Assembly (NCBI GenBank): GCA_964586025.1
Contig: CAZPGF010000001.1
Location: forward strand, 29,544 to 93,543
Origin: an uncultured Planctomycetales bacterium
GTDB taxonomy: Bacteria; Planctomycetota; PLA2; JAEUHO01
Length of the DNA: 64,000 nt
Direction of reading: 5' to 3'
Under the pieces are notes generated by a model that had not been told where the DNA came from, searched no databases, and saw only the letters and a list, made by a program, of their open reading frames with translations. Positions 38,633 to 47,211 of this stretch are shown piece by piece; within the stretch, counting starts at the first letter, position 1; each line of letters opens with the position of its first letter. Made by a program: the position numbers and the translations under genes.

Positions 38633-40699
38633 CTACGGGGGCGTCGCGAGCAACGCGACCTGCTCCACGAGATGCCGAGCCCACCATGCCATGTCGACCT
38701 GGCCGACGATGCGCACCGAGTCCACGTTCAGGTGACCACCGTCGGTGAACAGCCCGACGCGCGCGGAGGCCACGCCGCTGCCGTCGTCACCGACGGCCTG
38801 TCCCTCGAGCCGCACGCGATCCGACTCGCCCTGCATCACGCCGCGCGTCAGGCGCCCCGAGCGCTCGAACTCGAGGCGCAGCCGGTCGCCGTTGCGCAAC
38901 GACGATTCCGGGGACTCGGCGAACTTCACGAACCCGTGCTGGTCCGCGTCGGCGGCGGCCCAGACGCCTTCGCCGACGAGCCACAGCAGGTGACCGGACT
39001 GCGGGCGCGCGGCGTCACCCTTCTTCAGTTTGAAGCGGGTGTTGTTCAGGTGGAACAGCAGCGCACGGTAGCGCGAACCCTCTTCCACGGCGAGGATGCC
39101 GAAGTCACGCGCGACCTCGGCATGGACGGCGGCCTCGACCCGAACGTCGTCGGCGAACACGAGACGATGGAAGAGGCCGGTGCCGAGACGCATCGTGACG
39201 CTGCCTTCCTTCCACGCCGCCTCGATCGGTTGGTCGGTCGCGAACGGTTGCTCGACCGTGAAGTCCTCCGCGAACTGCGCCCGTTGGTCGAACTCGTAGC
39301 GCACCTCGAGCTTGCCACGCTCGAACTTGGCGTCGCCGTGGAGGATCACGTGCGGGCCGTCCCGCCCCGCGCGCGCCCATCGTTCGGCCGCCTCGAGGGC
39401 GGGCCGATGCAGGCGAGGCAGCGTCGCCTCGCCGTGCAGGTCGAGCAGGCCGCGATAGGCCTTGGCCGCATCCGCGTAGCGAGCGGCGAGCAGGTCGGCA
39501 TGCGCCGTCCGCCACGCCTTGCGCGCGATCGCGTCCGGGTCGCTCGCGTCGGGCGGCGGTCCGGGGTCGCGGCCCTCCGACGCCCCCGGCGACGCAGCCG
39601 GACTCGGCGGCGCATCAGGGGGCGGACGTCGCGAGTCGGGGGCGCGAGGTGCCGTGTCCGGCACCTTCTCGTACAGGTGGCGGCGAGCCGACGCGATCAA
39701 CGGCTCGAGGGTCGGTGCGAACGACGCGGGGAAGCGGTCGAGCGCCTCGACGAGTCGGACGTACGCGTCGCGAGGCGCATGCACCACGAGCGGCGCCACG
39801 TCGCGGAGGAACACATCGAGCGAGACGGCCGCCTCGCGCGCGATGCGCTCGCGCAACGGGGTCGCCTCGCTCGCGTCGATCACTCCGGCGAAGCGATGTT
39901 CGTGACGCGCGATGATGTCGAACGCGCGGGCGAACTGCCCGGCGGCGACCGCGTCGTCGACGGCCGCCCCGATCCGGGCGTGCTCCTCCCGGGCGAGGCG
40001 CTCGTGCAGTTCGTTCCAGCGCGCGCGCAGGGCCGCGACGACGTCGGGCTCGCGGGAGCGCTGGATCGCACCGCGCAGTCGATCGAGTTCGGCCGTGATC
40101 GACGCGATGTCGCTCGCGTGGGTGCGGGCGCGGGCGTCGAGTTCGAGCAAGGATCGCGTCTCCTCGGAGATCTCCGTCGGGCCTCCCGCTCGCGGTTCGG
40201 GAAACTCGCGCGCGAGGACCGAGTCCGCTCGACGCGCCGCCTGCAGATGGTCCACGGCGCGCGTCACCGCGTAGAGAACGATGCCGGCGGCCAATAGGGC
40301 GAGCGGCCAGAGCGGTAGCGCGCGGGCCCGCGGGGGCGGCGGGCGCACCGCCTCGCGCGACGGGGGCCGGCTCGGTGGGGGGGGCGCGGCGGGACCGCTC
40401 GGGCCGCGGAAATACGCCTTCTCGCCGCCGATCCCCAACTCCGCGCCGTCGCCGAGCGGCGTGCCGTCGGCCGGTGCGCCGTTGACGAGGACGCCCTCGG
40501 CACCGGGCAACGCCCGGGCGACGTGCTCGTCCCCCTCGCGAGCGATGACGACCGCCGCCTTCGGGAATGGGGTGGGCGCGGCCTCGAGGCCGCCGCGCGC
40601 CGCGGGGCCGACGAACGTCGCCCCTTCGAGGAGGTCGTACTCGAGCAAGCCGAGCGGCGACGGCAGCAGCAGACGGGCTTCTTCTCGAGCGGCTGCCAC
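38633..40699 (-). CDS. FHA-domain membrane protein (N-terminal FHA, Pro-rich linker, one TM helix, large C-terminal domain)
   Basis: N-terminal ~100 aa FHA-like (ATFVGPAARG...VLVNGAPADGTPLGDGAELGIGGEKAYF). TM helix ALPLWPLALLAAGIVLYAV. Ends 3 nt before hutH. Confidence 0.6.
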   Translation of the reverse strand: MAAAREEARLLLPSPLGLLEYDLLEGATFVGPAARGGLEAAPTPFPKAAVVIAREGDEHVARALPGAEGVLVNGAPADGTPLGDGAELGIGGEKAYFRGPSGPAAPPPPSRPPSREAVRPPPPRARALPLWPLALLAAGIVLYAVTRAVDHLQAARRADSVLAREFPEPRAGGPTEISEETRSLLELDARARTHASDIASITAELDRLRGAIQRSREPDVVAALRARWNELHERLAREEHARIGAAVDDAVAAGQFARAFDIIARHEHRFAGVIDASEATPLRERIAREAAVSLDVFLRDVAPLVVHAPRDAYVRLVEALDRFPASFAPTLEPLIASARRHLYEKVPDTAPRAPDSRRPPPDAPPSPAASPGASEGRDPGPPPDASDPDAIARKAWRTAHADLLAARYADAAKAYRGLLDLHGEATLPRLHRPALEAAERWARAGRDGPHVILHGDAKFERGKLEVRYEFDQRAQFAEDFTVEQPFATDQPIEAAWKEGSVTMRLGTGLFHRLVFADDVRVEAAVHAEVARDFGILAVEEGSRYRALLFHLNNTRFKLKKGDAARPQSGHLLWLVGEGVWAAADADQHGFVKFAESPESSLRNGDRLRLEFERSGRLTRGVMQGESDRVRLEGQAVGDDGSGVASARVGLFTDGGHLNVDSVRIVGQVDMAWWARHLVEQVALLATPP

Positions 40700-40768
40700 A
40701 GGCGCCGATTCTCCTCACAACACGTCACGGGACCGTGACGCCGGGCGGGCGCATCGTACGCTGTCCCC

Positions 40769-40951
40769 ATGTCCGACGAAGCGACGCCCACTGCCCACGG
40801 ATCGGCATCCATCGGCTGGGGCCGCTGGGCGCTCGGGCTGTGGGTCGTCCTGATCGCGCTCGCCGCCGCGGGGGTACTCCTCGGCTGGGACGACCTGCGG
40901 CTGGCCCTCGACGTCGATCGCGAGATCCATCTCGCGAAGCCCGCTTCGTGA
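40769..40951 (+). CDS. very small hydrophobic ORF (questionable)
   Basis: 60 aa with a TM-like LGLWVVLIALAAAGVLLGW; no other support. Confidence 0.15.
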   Translation: MSDEATPTAHGSASIGWGRWALGLWVVLIALAAAGVLLGWDDLRLALDVDREIHLAKPAS

Positions 40952-40995
40952 CCCGTGGCGCTCCCTTCGCGTGGAGGGGTCGGAGGGTCGCGGCC

Positions 40996-41820
40996 ATGCG
41001 CGCGGCGAGCCATGCGGCGGCCTTGTTCGACTGGCTGTTCCCGCCACGTTGCGTCGCCTGCGCCGCTCTCGCCTGGGACGACCCGCACGTCGGCCTGTGC
41101 GCCCCCTGCGCCGAGGGGCTCGGCGAGAACGAGGCGCGCTGCCGTCGCTGCGGGCGGGTCCGACCTCGCGACGACGGGGGGCTCGGGTGCGAGCGGTGCA
41201 TCGGGCCGGACGCCGTGCCCGATGCGCTCGGGCGCCCCGACCTGTCCCGGACGTCCGGAGGCGAGGCCCTGCGCCGGGACGCGATCAGCGGGGTGGTGGC
41301 GACGTGGCGGTATCGGGGCACCGCGGGCGTTCTGGTGCGGCGCATGAAGTTCGCGCGACTGCCGGGGGCGGCCCGACCCCTGGTCGCGGGGATGGCCGCG
41401 GCGACGCGGCGTGCCGGGGTGCCCGGCGATCTGGTCGTTCCCCTGCCCCTGCACGCGACCCGCCGCCTCGCCCGCGGTTTCGACCAGGCCGCCCTGCTCG
41501 CGCGCGGCGTCGCGCGGGAACTCGACCTCGCCTGCCCCGCCTTCGGTCTGCGCCGCGTTCGCGCCACCGCGCCCCAGGCGATGCGCCGGGGGCGCACGCG
41601 CTCCCGTGGACTCGCGGGCAGCTTCGAGGCGGTGCCGGCGGTCGTGCGCGGCCGTTCGGTATTGCTCGTCGACGACGTGCTGACGACGGGCGCGACGGCA
41701 CGCGCGGCGGCACGTGCCCTGCGGCGCGCGGGCGCCGCCTCGGTCCATGTCGTCGTCGCGTGCCGCTCCGAGGCCCGCCATGCGTTGCGGACGACCCGCC
41801 GAAGGAGCCCATCGACGTGA
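40996..41820 (+). CDS. ComF-family protein (Zn-finger plus phosphoribosyltransferase domain)
   Basis: LFPPRCVAC...C zinc finger and PRTase motif VLLVDDVLTTGAT. Confidence 0.7.
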   Translation: MRAASHAAALFDWLFPPRCVACAALAWDDPHVGLCAPCAEGLGENEARCRRCGRVRPRDDGGLGCERCIGPDAVPDALGRPDLSRTSGGEALRRDAISGVVATWRYRGTAGVLVRRMKFARLPGAARPLVAGMAAATRRAGVPGDLVVPLPLHATRRLARGFDQAALLARGVARELDLACPAFGLRRVRATAPQAMRRGRTRSRGLAGSFEAVPAVVRGRSVLLVDDVLTTGATARAAARALRRAGAASVHVVVACRSEARHALRTTRRRSPST

Positions 41821-42152
41821 ACGAGTCCGAACTGCCGGTCGTCCTCGTCGCCGGCCGCTTCGTCGACGAGATCGCCGCGAGCGAGGTCGCGGCCGCGCTG
41901 AACGCCTGGTTTGCGTGGATCCTCGGCGGATCCGCCGACGTTCCGCCGACCGCGTTCGAGGCGTTCGGCGTCGCGACGTCGAACTATGCGTGGCGCCTCG
42001 ACGAAGACGTCGACTGGGAGATGGGGCCGCACGCGCGCGCCGTCGATGCGGAGGTGCGCATCGAACTGGAGACCCACGAGACGCACCTCGCTCTCGCGGG
42101 CCTCCTGCGCCGACTCGGCGCGCGGACGACACGGATCATGCGATCCGAATGA
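41817..42152 (+). CDS. hypothetical protein
   Basis: GTG overlaps the comF stop (GTGA). 111 aa, protein-like. Confidence 0.35.
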   Translation: MNESELPVVLVAGRFVDEIAASEVAAALNAWFAWILGGSADVPPTAFEAFGVATSNYAWRLDEDVDWEMGPHARAVDAEVRIELETHETHLALAGLLRRLGARTTRIMRSE

Positions 42153-42876
42153 CCTCCGCGAGACGGCGCTTCGTCGTCGCGATCGCCTGCGGCGAGCGGT
42201 CCCCGGCGATCCACGATCGACCGAGCCGCTCGGCCGCGATGCACGTCGTGCCGCTGCCGCAGCACGGATCCAACACGACGCCGTCCGGCGGTGCGGACGA
42301 CGCGACGATCCGCTCGAGCAATGCGAGCGGCTTCTGCGTCGGATAGCCGGTTCGCTCCCGTGCGTGGTTGTTGATCGCGGGGATGTCCCACACGTCGGGG
42401 GCCTTCTTGTCGAGCCCGGCCATGCGCCGCGAACGGGCCGGAACGCGGGCTGCCTCGAACCAGTGTCGGGACGGATCGCGGGCGTACCAGAGGAGCGTGT
42501 CGTGCTTGCGCGGCCACCAACGCGGGCCGCTGCCGCCGAGTCCGTACATCCACACGATCTCGTTGAGGAACGCGTCCGCCCCGAACACCTCGTCGAGCGC
42601 GACCTTGACGTAGTGGACGGACCGCCAGTCGAGGTGCACGTAGACGGAGCCGGTCGGCTTCAACCGCGTTGCCAGCGGCGCGAGAAACTCCATCAGCGCG
42701 GCGACGAAGGTACGGATCCCGCCGGGCCAGCGGTCGTCGAACGCCCCGTGGTCGCGCCCGGTGAAGAACGGCGGATCGACGTAGGCGAGGTCGATGCTCT
42801 CCTCGGGAAGCGACGCGACGAGGTCCGCCGCGGCGGACTCGACGAGCCGGCAGAAGCGGCCCGTCGTCCCCGTCAC
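42136..42876 (-). CDS. beta-class DNA methyltransferase (N6-adenine or N4-cytosine), orphan
   Basis: Motif IV DLAYVDPPF precedes motif I LDPCCGSGTT (beta-class order). No restriction-endonuclease candidate adjacent. GTG overlaps the upstream stop (GTGA). Confidence 0.7.
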   Translation of the reverse strand: MTGTTGRFCRLVESAAADLVASLPEESIDLAYVDPPFFTGRDHGAFDDRWPGGIRTFVAALMEFLAPLATRLKPTGSVYVHLDWRSVHYVKVALDEVFGADAFLNEIVWMYGLGGSGPRWWPRKHDTLLWYARDPSRHWFEAARVPARSRRMAGLDKKAPDVWDIPAINNHARERTGYPTQKPLALLERIVASSAPPDGVVLDPCCGSGTTCIAAERLGRSWIAGDRSPQAIATTKRRLAEVIRIA

Positions 42877-45719
42877 TTGCCGAAGATGTCGCGCACCTTG
42901 TCGATCGCGTCCTTCGCGAAGTCGCCACCGATCAGCTTGGACAGATCGATCCGCGGCAGAACGCGGGGCTTGTCGAGTGCACCGGTCGCCTTGAGCGGCA
43001 ACGTGCCGTCGCCGCCGATCTTGGCGAGCAGGCGTCCCTCGAGGGTGAGGTCGAAGTCCATGTCGATCCGGCGATCGAAGCCCGCGAAGCCGCGCCCGCG
43101 GATCGTCGCGTTGCGGCCGGCAAGGTCGATCGAGTCGACGGTCACCCGGCGATCGCCGATGCGCGCACGGGAGTCGAGAGATGTGAACAGGAGCGCGCGA
43201 GCGAGGCCCTTCAACCCATCGCCCGCAGCGGGCACGGCGAGCGCGATCGCGGAGACGGCCTTGCCCATCTCGGCTCCCTGGAACAACGTCGAACTGCGGA
43301 TCTCGCCTTCGGACAGCCGGATCTCCGCGGTACCGGTCAACGTGTCCTCCCGCCTCGGCGACGCCAGCGCGGCGGCCGCCAGGCGGACGCGCGCATCGAG
43401 GCGTCCGCTGACCACGGGCGTCGTCACGTCGGCCGGGATCAACGCGGGGATCGCGTACGCGAGGTAGCGTCCCGCGCCGCGGTGGGTCAGGAGCGGTGAG
43501 GTGTCGAGGCCGTTCACGTCGGCCTCCGCCGAGAACGGCCGCCCGGTCCGGACGAGGTCCACGGCGATGCTCGCGGCGATCGTGCCGCCGTTGGCGCGCG
43601 CGTTCACCTTCGCGACGAGCGGCGTTTCGATGTCGGCCCGTGCGATCTGCGCGGTGACGTCGGCGATGTCCAGGCCCTGCGCGCGCCACGAGCCGAGGCG
43701 TCCGTCGCCGTTCGCCAGGAGGCGCCGCCCACCCTCTCCCGGCACGCCGCGAACCGTGACGCGTGCGTCGATCGCGCCGGAGCCGACGAGATCGTGGTAG
43801 CCCTCGCCGAGGACGCGGCGGAGGGAGGGCGCGAGCGCGCCCGCGTCGCCGCGGAGCGAGAACGTCGCGTCGAGTTCGGGCTCCGGCCCGGTGCGCCACG
43901 TTGCGCCGGTGGCGTCGATCTCGATCCCCCGCGCGACGGCGCGGAACCCGTGCAGGCGTCCGGGTGCCCCATCGGTCGGTAGGCTCGCGTCGAAATCGAT
44001 CGTCACGGCGTCGTGGCGGATGCCCTCGTCGCGCGGATCGTTGCGGTAGAGGACGCTTTCGCCGTGCGCTCTCCCGCTCAGCCTTTGCGCGAGGCGTTCG
44101 ACCTCCGTCGCCATCTCAATGCGCAGCGAGCCGGACAGGTCGTCGGTGGGGGGGAGCACGCCCATCGCGCGCATCCAGGCGGAGGCGGCGCGAAGATCGA
44201 CGGTACCGCCCAACGATCCCGACGCCCGCACGTGATCCGCCGACCGGATGAGGACGAGCGGCGAGTTCCGCATCGCCTCGTCCGTGCGCAGGATCGCCGA
44301 CGTCACGCGCAGCACGTCGAAGCGATCCTCGCCAGACCGACGACGCCAGCGCAGATTCGCCTCGATCGGCGACTCGCGCAGGGCGGGCTCGCCGGAGGGG
44401 CCGGGCGCCAGGGCGAGGCGCTCGACCTTCACCCCGATCGACATCGTCGGCGTGCCGGTCGCGGTCCGTTCGACGCGAGCCTGGGCGAGGATCGCTCCTT
44501 CGCGCACGCGGGCGAGCGTGGGCCACGAGCCGAACAGCGCGGCGAGTCGAGCGAGGTCGGCCCGGGCCCGGACCTGTCCGGTCGTCCAGGGCGCATCGTC
44601 GGCGGGAAGCACGAACGGTTCGGCCAGCGACGCCTCGGCGGTCGATCCGGCCGCGAGCGTCGCCTCGTCGATCCGTGTCGCGCCGTCGGGTGAGACCGTC
44701 CATCGCGCGCGCGCCTCGACGGTCGGCTCGGTGAAGCGAAGCGGCGGTCCATCGGGGCGAGGGCGTACGACGTCCACGCCGCGCAGATCGGCGGTGAGCG
44801 TTCCGGACCGCGCGTCGGGCGCGTCCACACGGAGCGTGAGCGAGTCGATGCGCAATGACCCGCCGTTGGGATCGCGGACGACGACGTCGGTCGCGTCGAT
44901 GCCGCCCTTCGCCGAGGTGGGAGCGGATCCGTCGAGCGACGCCTCGATGTCCACCTTCACGCGACCGCGCTCGATGACGTGGCCGCTGACGCGTTCGACG
45001 AGCGCCGAAAGCCTCGCGAGGTCGATCTCGTCGGACGACGTCAACCGCCCGCGCGTCGATCCGTCGTCGGTCTCCGGCAGGTCGGCGACCAGCGTGACGT
45101 CGTTGCCGCTCACCCCCCCCTTCGGCAGGACCGCGACGACGCGGCCGTCGACCGACGCGCCGATGACGCGCAACGCGACATCGATCGGGCCGATGTCATC
45201 GGCGCCGCCGGAGTCCGGGACGCGCACGCGCGCGTCCTTCACCGTGAGCACCAGGTCGATGCCGCGTCGGTCGTCACGGGCCTCCTCGTCGCGCCCGGGG
45301 AACAGGCCGTCGAGGTTCGATCCGCCGTCCGGTCCGCGCATCAACGTGACTTCGGGGCGCGTCACGCTCGCGACGACGTCGATGTCGCCTCGGAACAATC
45401 GGCCCCATGCGATCGTGGCGTGAGCGTGCGGAACGCGGAGCAGGGGCTCGGCGTAGCCGGGACCGCTCTCGACGATCAGGTCCTCGACCGCGAACCCGCC
45501 CGTCCACCAGCCGGAGAGGGAGCCGATCCGAACCGTCTTCCCCGCGCTCGTCGAGAGCGATCGCGCGATCGCATCCCGGACGAAGCCGAGGCGCAGGGAG
45601 AACGGCGCCGCGGCGACGGGGATGAGCAGCAGCAGGAGGAGTCGAAACAGACGACCACGAAAGGTCCGCCGCTTCTTGGACGGAGCGACGACGTCGCTCG
45701 GGCGGGATGCGAGGCTCAT
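42873..45719 (-). CDS. AsmA/TamB-like large envelope protein (N-terminal TM anchor, long beta-rich body)
   Basis: MSLASRP...RLFRLLLLLLIPVAAAPFS anchor followed by a 900-aa repetitive beta-rich region. ATG overlaps the DUF368 stop (ATGA). Confidence 0.6.
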   Translation of the reverse strand: MSLASRPSDVVAPSKKRRTFRGRLFRLLLLLLIPVAAAPFSLRLGFVRDAIARSLSTSAGKTVRIGSLSGWWTGGFAVEDLIVESGPGYAEPLLRVPHAHATIAWGRLFRGDIDVVASVTRPEVTLMRGPDGGSNLDGLFPGRDEEARDDRRGIDLVLTVKDARVRVPDSGGADDIGPIDVALRVIGASVDGRVVAVLPKGGVSGNDVTLVADLPETDDGSTRGRLTSSDEIDLARLSALVERVSGHVIERGRVKVDIEASLDGSAPTSAKGGIDATDVVVRDPNGGSLRIDSLTLRVDAPDARSGTLTADLRGVDVVRPRPDGPPLRFTEPTVEARARWTVSPDGATRIDEATLAAGSTAEASLAEPFVLPADDAPWTTGQVRARADLARLAALFGSWPTLARVREGAILAQARVERTATGTPTMSIGVKVERLALAPGPSGEPALRESPIEANLRWRRRSGEDRFDVLRVTSAILRTDEAMRNSPLVLIRSADHVRASGSLGGTVDLRAASAWMRAMGVLPPTDDLSGSLRIEMATEVERLAQRLSGRAHGESVLYRNDPRDEGIRHDAVTIDFDASLPTDGAPGRLHGFRAVARGIEIDATGATWRTGPEPELDATFSLRGDAGALAPSLRRVLGEGYHDLVGSGAIDARVTVRGVPGEGGRRLLANGDGRLGSWRAQGLDIADVTAQIARADIETPLVAKVNARANGGTIAASIAVDLVRTGRPFSAEADVNGLDTSPLLTHRGAGRYLAYAIPALIPADVTTPVVSGRLDARVRLAAAALASPRREDTLTGTAEIRLSEGEIRSSTLFQGAEMGKAVSAIALAVPAAGDGLKGLARALLFTSLDSRARIGDRRVTVDSIDLAGRNATIRGRGFAGFDRRIDMDFDLTLEGRLLAKIGGDGTLPLKATGALDKPRVLPRIDLSKLIGGDFAKDAIDKVRDIFGK

Positions 45720-46663
45720 GCGGGGATCTCCTCGGGCTGGGCCGGACCCGCAACGCGCGCCTCGACGAGGCGCAGCACGAACACGCACGCCGCTCCGGCG
45801 AGGGCCGCGACGATCACCCCGGCGATTGGCTCCTTCGGAGCGACGTTGACGATCTCTCCGGCCGCCGCGTCGAACCCGCTCTTCCAGGGCCAGACGGCGC
45901 GAAGGCTGCCCGCCATCATGCCCGTCAATACGGCCATCGTCGCGTCATGACGGGCGGCGAGCAGACGACGCAGGAGCGGCACGAAGAGGGCGATCCCGAG
46001 CACCACGCCGAGGGCGGTCGCTCCGACGGGCAGGAGGTTCCGATCGTGGATCGCGCCGGTCACGGTCGCGTACTGGCCGAGAATCACGAGCATCATCGAA
46101 CCGCTGACGCCCGGAAGGAGCATCACGCAGAGCGCGAGCGCACCCCCGGGCACCAGCATCCACAACTCGGGCGGCCGCGACACGTGAGGCAGACCCGTGA
46201 AGAGGAATGCCCCGACCGCACCGGCGGCGAACAGCGCCACGAGACCCACGCGGCGGTCGCGGATCCGTCGCCAGGGTTCGGGAACGCTGCAGACGACCAG
46301 CCCGAAGAAGAAGCCGAAGCAGAGCGGGGCCGTCTCCGGACGGAGCAGAAGGCCCGGGGCGTCCTTCGGGCCGACGAGCAGGCGGGTCCCGAGCCAGAGT
46401 GCGGCCAGGAGCCCCGCGAGCAGGGGCAGGAGGAATCCGATCGCGGCGACCACGTCCGGCCGCTTCCAACGCCACGGCGGGTGGACCACCGCCGCGAGCG
46501 ACGCGAGGAGGCGATCGTAGATCCCGAGGACGAGGGCGATCGTCCCTCCCGACACGCCCGGGACCGCGTCCGCCGCGCCCATCAGCAGGCCCGAGGTCGC
46601 CACGAGGTGCCAGCGGAGCGGCCGAGGCGGCGAACTCTCGACGGCGGGGGGCGCAGCGGGCAC
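45716..46663 (-). CDS. DUF368-family polytopic membrane protein (PopT-like polyprenyl-phosphate transporter family)
   Basis: Duplicated GVSGGT / GVSGSM motifs and about 8 TM segments. An alternative ATG lies at 46582. Confidence 0.65.
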   Translation of the reverse strand: MPAAPPAVESSPPRPLRWHLVATSGLLMGAADAVPGVSGGTIALVLGIYDRLLASLAAVVHPPWRWKRPDVVAAIGFLLPLLAGLLAALWLGTRLLVGPKDAPGLLLRPETAPLCFGFFFGLVVCSVPEPWRRIRDRRVGLVALFAAGAVGAFLFTGLPHVSRPPELWMLVPGGALALCVMLLPGVSGSMMLVILGQYATVTGAIHDRNLLPVGATALGVVLGIALFVPLLRRLLAARHDATMAVLTGMMAGSLRAVWPWKSGFDAAAGEIVNVAPKEPIAGVIVAALAGAACVFVLRLVEARVAGPAQPEEIPA

Positions 46664-46762
46664 GGGCGTTCTCTACCACGGCGCGGCGAGGCTACACTTC
46701 AGGGCGTGGGACCCGAACGCCGTCGTGCGGAACGACACCCTTGCAACCAACCTGGGCGCCTG

Positions 46763-47035
46763 ATGCTCGCCGGCGGGCGCCAGGTCGAGGTGCGCATCCG
46801 AAACATCGGACTGCTCGGCGCGCTGTGCGAGATCGATGACCTGGAAGAGCCCGTGCTCGAAGGGGAACGCGCGTCGCTCTCGCATCCCGAACTCGTCGGC
46901 GAACAGCCCGGCCCCGCGGACGGCCCGATGGTGCGCACGGCCGGCCAGGTCGTTCGCGTCGAACTCGAACTCGCACCCGAAGGCATCCTTCGCCACGTCG
47001 CCATCCAATTCGATGGTGGCGGCATGCCCGTGTAG
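46763..47035 (+). CDS. small hypothetical protein (possibly PilZ-like beta-barrel)
   Basis: 90 aa, divergent from the DUF368 gene; weak resemblance only. Confidence 0.3.
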   Translation: MLAGGRQVEVRIRNIGLLGALCEIDDLEEPVLEGERASLSHPELVGEQPGPADGPMVRTAGQVVRVELELAPEGILRHVAIQFDGGGMPV

Positions 47036-47184
47036 CACCCGCGTCGCGTGAGCCGCCTGCTGCGCCCGGCGAACCCCTCGCTGCGGACCGTCGGTCGCCT
47101 CCCGCCTCGGTCCCCCCGGGCCCGCGACCTCGTCCATCGTGTCGAGCGAGCGGCTCTTCCGATCGGGTGGGCTCGGTCCCCACG

Positions 47185-47200
47185 CTCGCCGATGGGCGAG
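47185..47200. terminator. palindrome CTCGCC-GATG-GGCGAG between convergent genes
   Basis: 6-bp perfect arms; lies at the recJ 3-prime end region. Confidence 0.2.
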
Positions 47201-47211
47201 TCCGATCGGTC

